A stretch of DNA of 64,000 bases from Eutreptiella sp. 'Long Island Sound 2002' (Eukaryota; Protista; Euglenida), in contig OZ038378.1 in NCBI GenBank assembly GCA_964036045.1, forward strand, positions 172,236,001 through 172,300,000. Direction: 5' to 3'. Numbering within the stretch: the first letter of the stretch is position 1; each line of letters begins with the position of its first letter. Under the pieces are notes generated by a model. That model made no database searches. It saw only the letters and a list, made by a program, of their open reading frames with translations, and had not been told where the DNA came from. Below are positions 46,501-56,835 of the stretch, piece by piece. The position numbers were made by a program, and so were the translations under genes.

Positions 46501-49500
46501 GATCTGTTGCACTTTGTTGTGCTTCTTTCACATTTTGTTCTGCATCTATTACATTTTGTTGCACTCCTGTTACACTTTGTTGCACTTCTGTCACTCTTTG
46601 TTACACGCCCATTACACTGTATTATCCATCCATTACACATTGTTGCACATCCATCACGCCTTGTTACACATCTATTGCACTTTGCTGTGCATCCATAACA
46701 CTTTGTTGGGCATCCACTTACAGATCCATTCAGCATTGTTGCACATCCGTTACGCTTGATTGCATATGCAGCACACTCGGTTACACACCCATTGCATATT
46801 CATTGCATTGTCACATCCACTATATATTGTTGTGCATCCACAGCGCTTTGTGACACATCCAATACGCTTTGCTGCACATCCCTTACCCGTTGTTACACAT
46901 CCATCATGTGTTGCATGTCCATTACAGTCTGTTGCGCATCCAATGAACCTTATTGCGTTTCCATTAACCTTGGTACACCTGCTTTCGGCCATGTAGCGTC
47001 TGATGAAGATCAGTGTCCCAAAAACATGCAGCGTTTGTGGCGCAAATTCTTGAAGTGACGGTGCACCCTGGTCAAAAGCGCCAAAGCCCTCCGCTCCTGG
47101 GGCTGACAGGAAATTGCCTGAGGGTGGTGAGTCAAACATTACGTGCTGTCCCCCACCATTTGGCGGTGGCAGCGTGAATAGCGCCAACATGCAACAGATT
47201 ACCCGATGTCCTATATTTTGCTGACGTATGCTTACTAGGGTTGTGATCCGTACTGCATGCGTGAACGAGAGCTCTATACCATCACTCTACACTGTCTAAA
47301 CCATCACACTAAACCCTCACTCTATACCATCACTCTGTGGCGTTATTCTGCTTGGTTCTTCTAGACCATCAGTGTATACCATCACTCAATATCGTTACTC
47401 CTTCTCTTTACTGTGTTCCATCGCTGTCTAGCATCACTGTACACGGCGACTATGTACCGTTACCTTATACCATCACCCCACACTGTCTCTGTACACCATT
47501 ATGCTATACCATCACACTATACTGTCACTTCATACTCATACTCTACACCATCACCGTAAACCATCACACAACACTATCACTGGAAGCCGTCGCACGACAC
47601 CATAACTCGAAACCATCGCTCTATACCGTCACTCTACACCGTCACTCTACACCATTACTGTATAACGTCATTCAATGCCACCACTCTGCACAATCACTCT
47701 ACACCGTCACTGTACACCGTCGCTCTACACCATCAGTCTATACCGCCCCTCTATACGTTGTCTAAGTTTGAGGTCTTCTGATCCATTGATGCAGAGGGGA
47801 CCCGGAGACCTGGCCTTTTTTCTGCCTCCCCACAGTCAGACGGCAGGGGTTATCTAGGTAAGGTTGCAACGCTCAACGGTCTGCAGAGAAAGTCTCTGAT
47901 TGAGCCATGGGAAGCTGCAGCAGTTCAGGTGTTCCCACTGTGTTGGGTGGGGGGCGAACAGCAGCGGCAGAAGGATTGTGTGTGCGCACGAAGATGCAGT
48001 TGAGAGGATGATGGTTGAGTACATGTAGGGAACACGCTAGTGGGGGCCGCTGATGCCATGTTCCCGGGTCCAGGTCCCCTCGCTGCTTGCTGCTCCCAGG
48101 CAAAGGAGGCCGAAGAGATGCGGTATCACTTTGAGCAGCAGATCACTGTGCTGCAGCACAGCAACATTGACCTGCAAAGCCGCTTGGACGCTCGTAGTGA
48201 GCCCAACCAGATCGCCATGCTGCAGCACGAGAAGCGTGACCTCGAGGCGCAGCTGCACGCGCTCCAGGAGGAGCTTGAGGTGCTGCGGCACGAGCACGAG
48301 CGGCTATCCGTAAACCAGGTGGGCACGGGAAGGAAGACTGTGGAGAAGATGGCCGAGCTGCAGCGTTGCAATCAAGAGTTGGCCGTTGAGCTTTGTAGAC
48401 AGCGTGAGATGACAAGGCGGCTGGAAGAGGTATTCCATGTTCGTATGGGCTGTGGTTGTGTGTGCCCTCTTGCTCTCAAACCACCTTCTTACACCACAGT
48501 AAGATGCAGGCCTCATGTTTGGCGCACACCAGGCCGTGATGTCCGGAGACGGGTTGGAATCATCAAGGGGAAGGAAATCGGGAGCGGGGGAGTGGACCAC
48601 AAACGCCTTCTCAACCCCCCACACAGAACATCTGGTGTCGGGCCTGTGCATGTGCTTTCCTTGTGCTTGTGCGCGTTCTTCTTCTTGTGTCGGGCCTGGG
48701 ATTGTGCCAATGCTTTCGTGTGGGCTTTGGTATGTGCGTTTGGGGGGGACCACTTGACGTGGTGCGCCCCCAGCACAACTGGCTGACATACCTGTACTTC
48801 ATGTCCTTTTTTTCTGATGCCCCGGTTCCGGGTTTTGAGGGGCCGGGCACAATCCGGCCGTTCCCAGGACAATCCGCTGCAATGGTGCGCGCGGCACAAA
48901 GTGTTCCCCTTTGGACGGATGCTCAGACTTCTGCATGAGTGTGCCTGCTCGTCTGTTTGAAGGCAGGCTTTGCGCTCGTGCTTGCCTGGGCTTGGGCCTG
49001 GGCTCGGGCGTGTTTTCGTGCCGCTGCTCATGCTCGGGCGTGTCTCTGGTCTTGTGCCTGTGGCGGTTCATTTGAGAGACCGTGGGGCTGCTGCGGCGCG
49101 GTGCGGTGCGGTCTGGGCTGCCGACTGTTGCTTTCGGGCAGGAGCAAGTGGCAGAGAAGGAGGAGTCCGAAAAGCTGCACCGCGAGCTGTTGAAGACTCA
49201 GGGAGATATGGCGCACCTCCGCGGCCAATTGGACAGCATGAATCAGTTCTTTGCGGCGGAGCGTGCGGCGCTGCGGCAGTCCGCCCGGGAGCGCGAGGCG
49301 GAGATTGAGAAGGACAAGCTGACCGTGCAAGAAAAGCTGTTTGATTGCGAAAAGCGGTTTGGGCAAGTGGAGGCCCGGTGCCATCAGCTAATGCTCGGCA
49401 AGAGCGAGGTGCTCTGCGCAGTATTGCTGCATCTGCATGTGACATGCTTTTGATGTGCGGGCGTGTGTCCGTCCATGCCCATATGCGCGTAAGGCAGCAG

Positions 49501-51103
49501 CATTCCCAGAAGCACTGGGGGCGGCTACAGCAGCTTCCATGCTCACAGCCACCGCGGCACATATCAAGCGCAGCATCATGCTGAGCTAGAGAGGTGGCCA
49601 CAGTGATAGCCTAGCCACACCACCAGTACCGACAGTTGCCACCGAACACTGAACACTCTCCACTCTTCACTAGATTGAGCCCCAGGTGGCCTCGGGTAGT
49701 CGGGCTGTTTGCAGGACGTTGATAGTACCACTGGGCAATGTTGTCAAGAAACCTGTTTACAGCACATCCTGCGATGATGCGGTGCGTGTGAGTGCCTGTG
49801 TATGTGCTTGGGGCTTGTACGCTTGTGCTTGCGCCTCTGATTCCGTGCTGGGTACCTGTAGCTAAACTGCTGCCCGCAGGTGGAGCGGCTGTCTGCGGCC
49901 AAATTGATGCAAGTGCAGGAGGAGTGTGACGAGCGGGTCCGGGTGGCCGAGGGCAAAGCCGCGGATGTTGTCATGCAGTTTGAGAGCGCCCTCACAAAGC
50001 ATGACCTGGATGCTCAGAATTGGAAGGACACCATCGAGGAACTCCAACGTGAGGCTCAGCAAAGCCAGATCGAGAGGTCCGCACACCCTGTCCTTGCTGC
50101 TGCCTCGAGGTTGCCCCAGAGGGGGTGGGGGGTTGGCATGCGGCCATGGTGTTGGTTTGCTTGCCTTTGGCGGCGCGTATTGCCCGTGCACATTCTGACC
50201 CTCTGTGAGTCTGACCATGTTTTGGTTGTGTCAACGGAGCCCCTGGATGACTTGTCCTGTTTGACTACTCCAGGGTCAGCTGTCCCAGAGATGGGCTGCT
50301 GCCCTTGCCATTGACCAGGTGCATCCAGATGCACACTCCGATTCCATGCTGGGTTTGCCGACTCCAGCACTGACTTGTGCGCGTGGGTGTGTGCATCTGC
50401 AGGGGATTTTTTTCCTGACAAGGGATTCTCACAACCACAACCCTTTCATCCCTTCCTTTGCCTCTTTCTGCACTCTGCACCATTTTCGGCAAGCGCGTTC
50501 TGCCCTGCCCTGTCACCTCCCCTTGTGTTTTCTTTTCCCCAGGCCCAGCTTCCTCTGGGTTCTCCCTGTTCATCCCGTCCTCGGAGTAAAGGGCGGCAGG
50601 GGAACGTGTTGCTGTGGGGAGGGGGAGGGGGGGTGTCGCACCCTGTCCCCTCCTTTCCCTTGAGGAAAGAGATCCTGGCTCAAGGGGGCTCCTTGTTGGT
50701 GTCGGTGTACTTGATGCTGGTGGTTTTGGCCACTTGCTTCTGCTGGCCCACACATTGCAGTCTATCTTGGGCGTAGTTTCATGCTGTTTGCTAGCTTGAT
50801 GGCCTTAGCTGGCGCGGCGGTGGTAGACCATGCATGTAGCACCCGCTATTAGTCCGAGGGTTCGGGACTGGGGCTAGTTCCCCTTTGTATGTGTCCCCGC
50901 AGTTGGGGAGGGGGGGGGGGTGCGGCCTCCCTCCCCTCCCCTGTCAAGTTTAGGGCCCACAGTGTCAAGTTTAGGGCCCACGGTGCCCCAAGCGTCTATT
51001 CTGAGCAGTGGGCTGCCTTATGCTGTTGTTGTGTGGGTGTGGGTGTTCCACTATTGCTGGTGCCGGTGTTGGTCGCCTCCAACATCAGTGCCCCACCACT
51101 CTA

Positions 51104-51166
<63 letters not shown>

Positions 51167-52800
51167 GTATAGCTCTCCATGCCTCTGTGTAGTGTGTAGT
51201 TGCTGTGGCAGGTGGTATGGGTAAGCCCTCCCCCTGTGATTGTATGAGTTAATGTCCATACATTTTCACCCCCAGTTTAGCTGCTAGGATGTTAGCGCAG
51301 TTTGGTTGGGCCATGAGTCTCACTAGGTCGTCCACCATGAAGTGTATCGCTTCTCCCGAGATAACCACTTCCGGTGCCCATATCCTTTCCTCTGATACCC
51401 ACACACAGCCAGCCACTACCTGCACCAAGTAGACTCTGTTTGGTCCCAGGAGATACATTCATGTTCCTCCATCCGGTAGTCTCTTGTCCATTCTGTTCTC
51501 CTCTTTTTCCTCAAATTCGGTCCTCCTATGGTTTCTAGTAGGTGTAGTTCCAGTAGGTTTGCCGTGCACCTCCTGAATTTCTCTTCAAAGGTCAATGGTT
51601 TGGTCGTGGTTGTGCTGTATCCCCGTGGCAGGGGTGCAACTGTCGGCCGCGGCTCCGCTTGTCAATTTTTTCTTGTTCCCCGCAACCACAAACTCTATTT
51701 GTGTTCCAGTCCTTGGTCCCCGCTATCCTCTTCTGTGTTTTGTTGCTACGCTTGTTGAGGGGTCTCTTTGTGCGGCTCATTTTGCGCACAAAATTTTGAT
51801 GTGAAGTATGTTGGGTTGGACTAAAAGTTTGTATGGTATGGTTGTGGGGCGGGTTGGTTGTTCCCTCCTTGCCCTGCTTGTGCCGTGTTGCCCTTCCAGC
51901 ACGCATATGTTGTGTTCAACCGCTTGAACAACTCCGTTTCCTTCTCGTAGTTGTTTTTTTTTGGTCTGGGTAGAGATTGGGGACCATCTTCTCGTATGCT
52001 GCCTTGACGTCCTCCTTCGTTGCCCCAAGTCATATCCCTAACTGGGCATGCAGACTGACCTCTGCAAAATCTAGTGGCAGGCCTTCCACCGGCTCCACCT
52101 CCACACTTGCTCTTAGCTTCCGGTTGCCCACCCATACTCTCCTCACTCCCCCCACCAGGATACCCGGGCCTTCCTCTCCACCACTTCTTCAATTATTCTC
52201 CTACACCCCTCTAGGTCCCCTTGTTTCATTTCTACCAACCTTATGTCCTAGCCCACCACTAGCGCCGCCCCTGTGCCCTGTGATCCTGTGTCCGCCGTTG
52301 TTTCCCTTGCTGTTGCTGACTTCCTAAGCTACTTTTTGCTTGTTCTTTCCCCTCTGAGGTCCCACTAGTTTCAATGGTCTTTTCTTTTCTCTGATGTGGG
52401 TCTTCTCTTGATCACTCTCCCAATTGTTGCCTGTCACATTTCTCTTCTGCCCTTAAGTTTGGGTCCTTGTCACTTGTCACTTGTTGAGTTCACTTGCTCT
52501 GTAGGGCCGGGACGGCCGAGAGGACTGCGTTGTGGGGAACACGCTTCCACATCCTCTTCTCCACACAGAACGAAAGACGTCTAGGGCTGCTCTGCAACTC
52601 CTCGGTATTTTTTTTGTCTTACCGCTTTGCGCCTTCGTTGTACTGTGTGGAGGTTCCCATAGTTTGTTTTTGTGTGTGTTGTGTGTGTGTGTGCGTGTTT
52701 CTGCTGCTGTATCTGTGCCTGTGCCTGTTCCTGCGTGCATGTGTGTGCGTGTGTGCCTGCGTGCATGTGCGCGCGCGCGTGTGTGTTGTGTGTTGTGTGC

Positions 52801-52863
<63 letters not shown>

Positions 52864-55342
52864 CTGTTTCTGTTCCTGTGCCACTGCAAGTGTTTGTGCA
52901 TTTGCCTTTCTTTCAGTCTTTCATTTTGCCTGAGACTGCGCTTGTGCCTGTGCAAACCACATTATGTTTCTCACTACGAGAATGGTGTTTGCTATCGTCT
53001 CCCTTAGCCGTTGCTCGTGACTGTATGATCCTTGGCCTGCCTGTATTAGTGCGGGTGCCGTTGCCTGTGCCCAAGATCATGCCTGCGCCTGTGGTTGTGC
53101 CAGTGCCTTTAGCTTGGCCAGTTTTTGCTAGACTCTGAGCCACAGCCTGAGCCTGAGCACGGCCCATGCCCCTGATTCTGTGTGCAGAGAGTCGCAGCAA
53201 CAGACCCACAGGGACCTGTGCACGAAAATCGAGAATTTGGAGGAGCGCATTTCGTGGCTGGTGCAAGAGCGGGACGCAGCGCTGGAGGAAGTGGCGAGGC
53301 TGACGGAATGGCAAGAAGACGTGGACGCCCGTTTACAGGTGCGTTGTGTGCGTGCGGACTGCAAGCGGTGTGGGGGGTACAGTGCCTGTGCCTGTGCCCA
53401 TGCCTGTGCCTGTGCCTGTGCCCCTTTTCCAACCCCCCCCCCCCTTCTGCAAATGGACTGTTCAACTCTCTTGGGGTTGCCTCCCTGGTGTGTGGCCTCC
53501 TAACCGCTGGTGAAGTCCGTCCTTTGTCACCGAGGTGACCTCGGTCGCCCCAGTCATGGCTGACGGAGGTGCCTCTGTCCCTTCCATGCGGGGGTGTGCG
53601 GCCGCAACCCTTACCCTGACACCCCTCCCAACATTCCCAGTGCGGGAACCTCGCGTGTGCAACGTGGCCCAGCCAAAACTTCCCATGGTCCTGGAAAGTT
53701 GATGGATGCCCTCGACTGTGTCACTTTGCCATGGCTTGAACGCTTCGCTATTGCCACCCGTCGATATAGTGCGGGACACGCTATCGGATCCTGCGAGAGC
53801 GTTGAAGCTGGATCCTAGAAACATGGCTCCAGGTCTGGAACACCGCTGGAAACTTTGGCAGAATTTTCTGGAGCTCCGGGGTCAGGCAGAGGAGGAGGAG
53901 GAGGAAGAGAAACAACGGCAAGAACAAAGCAGAGCTCAAACCAAGAATGCTCGGGCACACAGCCTATGCAGCTGTGATCGGCCTCTGTTTCCTGCTCTTG
54001 TTGCCTACGATTTTGCCTGTGTGGGTACCCAGGGCTTGTCGCTCCCTTCAATCGTCGCGCCGTTGCTTAATACCCAGGCGACGTGGGTTATCCGCCAATG
54101 GCCAGCAATCACCGACCTCTGCACCAACCGCTGTTCCTTCCTCAGCCCCCGAGAAGTTTGCCTCTTTTCCCAGTGGGGCTGTGGTTATGGGGATCCCTTT
54201 TGTTTGCCACGGCAGGCGTATCTCTTTTTGTGACCAGGAGACCCTCAGTCTGGGTGATGAGAACAAGCATTTGAAGCTGCAGAACGCGCATGCGCAGCAA
54301 ACCATCGAGCAGCTCACCACAGAAGGGCAGAACGTGAAAGACGAGCTGACCAACAGCATCTTGAAGATCCGCCAAGCGGCTGCTGAGGAACAGGGCCTGT
54401 TGCAGCAGCGCATCACCAAACTGCACGCCGAACTCAAGAAAGCTGCAAAGGTACTGCGGAGTGCGTTTGATGCGGGTCAGGGCAGAAGGCAGGACCCACA
54501 GCCTTTTGTTTAGAGGGCGGGAGCCCACAACACAGTCACCCAAAGCCACACCCAAGCCCTACCCAAGCCTCACCCAAGCTTCATGTACACCCAGGCTCCG
54601 CTCTAGTCCATCCGTGACCCCGTCCCACCCAAGTCCCCTACCCTAGCGCTGCCTGCACCCACCCAATCCCCACTCAGTCCCTCCACCCCCACCGCTACCC
54701 TCGCTCGCAGCCCAACAATTGAATGCCCCCCACCCGCGTCAGGTCATCGACAAACAGAAGGCCACCTTCAGCACGGCGCTCGTGCGCGCCGAGAAGCGCA
54801 ACCAGCAGGCGACGCAGAGGGTGTCCGACCTCCAGGCCCACAAACGGGAGCAGCAGGAGCGACTGGACCTCATGACCGAGACCCTGCGGCAGACGGAGGC
54901 GCAGGCGGCCTATTTTCAGCGGGCGCCCCCCCGTCCGGCCCCCGGCGGTGCGGAGGGCGGCGGCACGAGGGCGGCCGTCTACCCCACGGGGCCTGACCTG
55001 GGGCACGGGGGCTTCGTGCACAGGGCCCCTTCTCCGGAGGGATCGGGGCTGGGGAAGGAGGGGGACGGGAGGCCGCTGGCGGGGCCCAGTGGCGCAGGAC
55101 CGGGAATCGCGGGGCCCAGTGGTGTGGGGCAGGGGATCGGGGGGCCCGGTGGTGTGGGGCAGGGGATCGGGGGGCCCGGTGGTATGGGGCAGGGGATCGG
55201 GGGGCCCGGTGGTATGGGGCAGGGGATCGGAGCGGCGGGGTCGTCGGGGTCGGATGACCTGGTGGACAGCGTTCTGGAGCAGGCGAAGCGGGTGGAGGCG
55301 CTGCGGCTGCGCGCGGAGGCGCTTGGCAATGCGACTCTGTGA
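43410..55342 (+). CDS. CEP83: Gene 4: about 785-aa coiled-coil protein resembling CEP83/CCDC41 (basal-body distal appendage protein), with a Gly-rich C-terminal extension
   Basis: Ten GT-AG exons join in frame with no stops: 43410-43577, 44358-44484, 44619-44689, 45688-45921, 48100-48429, 49142-49408, 49880-50076, 53188-53338, 54238-54450, 54743-55342. Segments match human CEP83 recalled from memory, in order: EEMRYHFEQQITVL~DEGKIKYESEIARL; IAMLQHEKRDLEAQLHALQEELEVLRHEHE~[41 protein letters not shown]~RIQVRQLAEMQ; EREAEIEKDKLTVQ~AKSELERERNKIQ; LKKAAKVIDKQK~LQRAAIAQKKRK. The gene structure is high confidence; the orthology is moderate because coiled coils can mislead. Confidence 0.75.
43885..44243. 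mobile_element. MITE-like element with imperfect TIRs
   Basis: G-run + GAGGGGAGAATTTCGCGGGG at the left end versus the reverse complement of the right end, G-run + GAGGGGACAATTTCGACGGGG; carries one unit of the 31-bp repeat family; no clear TSD. Confidence 0.55.
44358..44484 (+). CDS. CEP83-like exon 2
   Basis: AG|VAGLWRRMSALMEC...DHRLSD|GTACAC, phase 0 to 1. Confidence 0.8.
44619..44689 (+). CDS. CEP83-like exon 3
   Basis: CAG|(V)NLMKRLFGSLRIASDNVYRTEHK|GTGCTC, phase 1 to 0. Confidence 0.8.
45688..45921 (+). CDS. CEP83-like exon 4
   Basis: CAG|LEQKIKEFDELM...RMELDAK|GT, phase 0 to 0. Confidence 0.9.
46490..46975 (+). repeat. Degenerate 21-bp minisatellite
   Basis: Approximate unit TTGTTGCACATCCATTACACT, about 20 units. 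Confidence 0.85.
47270..47760 (+). repeat. Degenerate minisatellite of about 15 bp
   Basis: Approximate unit CACTCTATACCATCA. Confidence 0.75.
48100..48429 (+). CDS. CEP83-like exon 5
   Basis: CAG|AKEAEEMRYHFEQQ...MTRRLEE|GTATTC, phase 0 to 0. Confidence 0.9.
49142..49408 (+). CDS. CEP83-like exon 6
   Basis: CAG|EQVAEKEESEKLHRELL...MLGKSE|GTGCTC, phase 0 to 0. Confidence 0.9.
49880..50076 (+). CDS. CEP83-like exon 7
   Basis: CAG|VERLSAAKLMQVQEE...QSQIE(R)|GTCCGC, phase 0 to 2. Confidence 0.9.
50146..50425 (+). mobile_element. Interspersed repeat (MITE-like), copy 2, in CEP83-like intron 7
   Basis: Homologous to 22785-23115 in the opposite orientation. Confidence 0.8.
51108..51164. repeat. 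(CT)n microsatellite
   Basis: Seen directly. Confidence 0.95.
51240..52480 (-). pseudogene. Decayed ORF containing a J-domain (DnaJ-like), antisense in CEP83-like intron 7
   Basis: SLHAQLGI*LGATKEDVKAAYEKMVPNLYPDQK, then a frameshift in a T9 run, then NNYEKETELFKRLNTTYACW (51895-52060). Confidence 0.65.
52670..52865. repeat. (GT)n microsatellite with a degenerate flank
   Basis: Perfect GT run at 52803-52861. Confidence 0.93.
53188..53338 (+). CDS. CEP83-like exon 8
   Basis: CAG|(R)ESQQQTHRDLCTKIENLEE...DARLQ|GTGCGT, phase 2 to 0. Confidence 0.9.
54238..54450 (+). CDS. CEP83-like exon 9
   Basis: CAG|ETLSLGDENKHLKLQ...LKKAAK|GTACTG, phase 0 to 0. Confidence 0.9.
54743..55342 (+). CDS. CEP83-like exon 10 (terminal)
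   Basis: CAG|VIDKQKATFSTALVRAEKRN...ALGNATL*; contains the Gly-rich decapeptide repeats. Confidence 0.88.
   Translation, partial: VIDKQKATFSTALVRAEKRNQQATQRVSDLQAHKREQQERLDLMTETLRQTEAQAAYFQRAPPRPAPGGAEGGGTRAAVYPTGPDLGHGGFVHRAPSPEGSGLGKEGDGRPLAGPSGAGPGIAGPSGVGQGIGGPGGVGQGIGGPGGMGQGIGGPGGMGQGIGAAGSSGSDDLVDSVLEQAKRVEALRLRAEALGNATL
55076..55230 (+). repeat. Coding 30-bp tandem repeat (GPGG(V/M)GQGIG), about 5 units
   Basis: GGGGCCCGGTGGT(G/A)TGGGGCAGGGGATCGG repeated within the last CEP83-like exon. Confidence 0.92.
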
Positions 55343-56734
55343 CCTTGACGGGGAGGGGGTGGGGGGCTCCCGGCGGCGTGGCGGCCGCGCGCGCCGGCGC
55401 GGGGGCGGGGGGAGGGCGTGGGACGGCATTGGCAGGATGCGGAAGGACCCGTTTTGCAGCCTTTGGCCCTGCGTGGGGCCGGGCCCCCGCCTGTGGTATG
55501 GCCCGCCAATGGACTGGACTTTCACTGTTGGCACTGAATGGGGGGACAAGTGCTCCTCTCAGCCTCAGGGGCTGGACACGGAATCCCCTCTGCAGAGGGC
55601 GCGAGGTTGAACCCCGGCGGGCCCGCACGTGTGGGAAACGCCACCTGCCCCCCCGCTTTTGGGCCCATTCGCCCGTGGCCCATTGCCCAGGGGGTCAAAT
55701 CCGGGGGTCTCTCCGTTGTAAAACCCTTATTTTGTCCCCCAAAGTCCCCCAATGCCCCCCAAATGGGGCTTTTGGCCAGGGACTCCCCAGACACCCCCAC
55801 TGAATTGCGATGCAGTAGCTCTTGGCAGGGGGCTGTGTTCAACAGGGGTGCGTCTACCAAAGGTGCCACCTCCACCTTCGCTTCGCTCACCTTAACCCTC
55901 CCTCCCCCTCCCGCTGAAGACCCGCTTTTTGTTGGCGGGGGGAAGGGGGTCGCAGGGTTTTGACTGGGCGCTCTCGAGGAGAGTTGGTGCCCCCATTTAT
56001 ATATGTCTCTGCGGGCGTGTGAGGTCGCCGCCAACAGGGCCGTACCCACGCAAATATTGCGGACCCAACGAGTCCCGCAGCACATCTGCCCCTGTGCCGA
56101 CCAGGGGAACCCTGTGACACCAGCCAGCATCTGTCAGCATGGGGTTGGGGGCAGAGACCTGTGCTGCAATGGGAGAATGGAACGACCCCCCCCCCCCCCC
56201 CGCCCCCCGCCTCTGGGCCCGACAGAAAATTCCTCAGAGTAAAAATCAAATTTTGCGAACGAAACCAATTTGTGGCCATTTTCCTGCGCAAACCCCTTGG
56301 GATCCAGGACTCCCCCAATCCACTCCCCCTGTGCAAGTGCAGGTCTTGTCGGGGGCCAGGGCAACTGGATTGCATGGGGCCTCTGTTGCATTTGAAAAAG
56401 GAGACGCTTGCCACTGGGATGGGTCACCCTCTGCACGTGTGGCAAATCCTTTGGGCTGCCGTACAACGTCTTCGGGGGCAGGGGCGCCCAGATTTTCCCT
56501 GCTGTTGGCAAGCTGAAGCGGGTTTGATACCAGATTCACCACGGGGGGGACGTCTCCTCGGTCCCGGTACGCGACTCTCCCCCCCCCCCCCCCTCCCTGC
56601 CCTCCGGGCCAACTTAGTTGCCAAGGGTCAACAGCTACTGGCCATACATATAGTGGCGCCGAAGGCGCCCGAAAATTTTTTTTCATTCCCCTTGCCCATT
56701 TTGTCCACTTTGCACCCCAACATTATCCCTGAAC

Positions 56735-56835
56735 CCAACCTTGACTCTAATGCCCACCCCAACCCTCAGCCTACTCCTAACCCTACCCCCAAACCTTTCC
56801 CTTGACCCTAACCCTAACCCTAACCCTAACCCTAA
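56735..56835 (-). repeat. Interstitial telomeric-type tract
   Basis: Five perfect CCCTAA units next to the element, preceded by increasingly degenerate units. Confidence 0.85.

Noticed and set aside
46198-47058. Several 100-170 aa ORFs with H/C/L repeats
   Set aside because: Translations of the 21-bp minisatellite.
54695-55803. Long overlapping Pro/Arg/Gly-rich ORFs on both strands (up to 284 aa)
   Set aside because: Stop-poor shadows of the very GC-rich last CEP83-like exon and its 3' flank.
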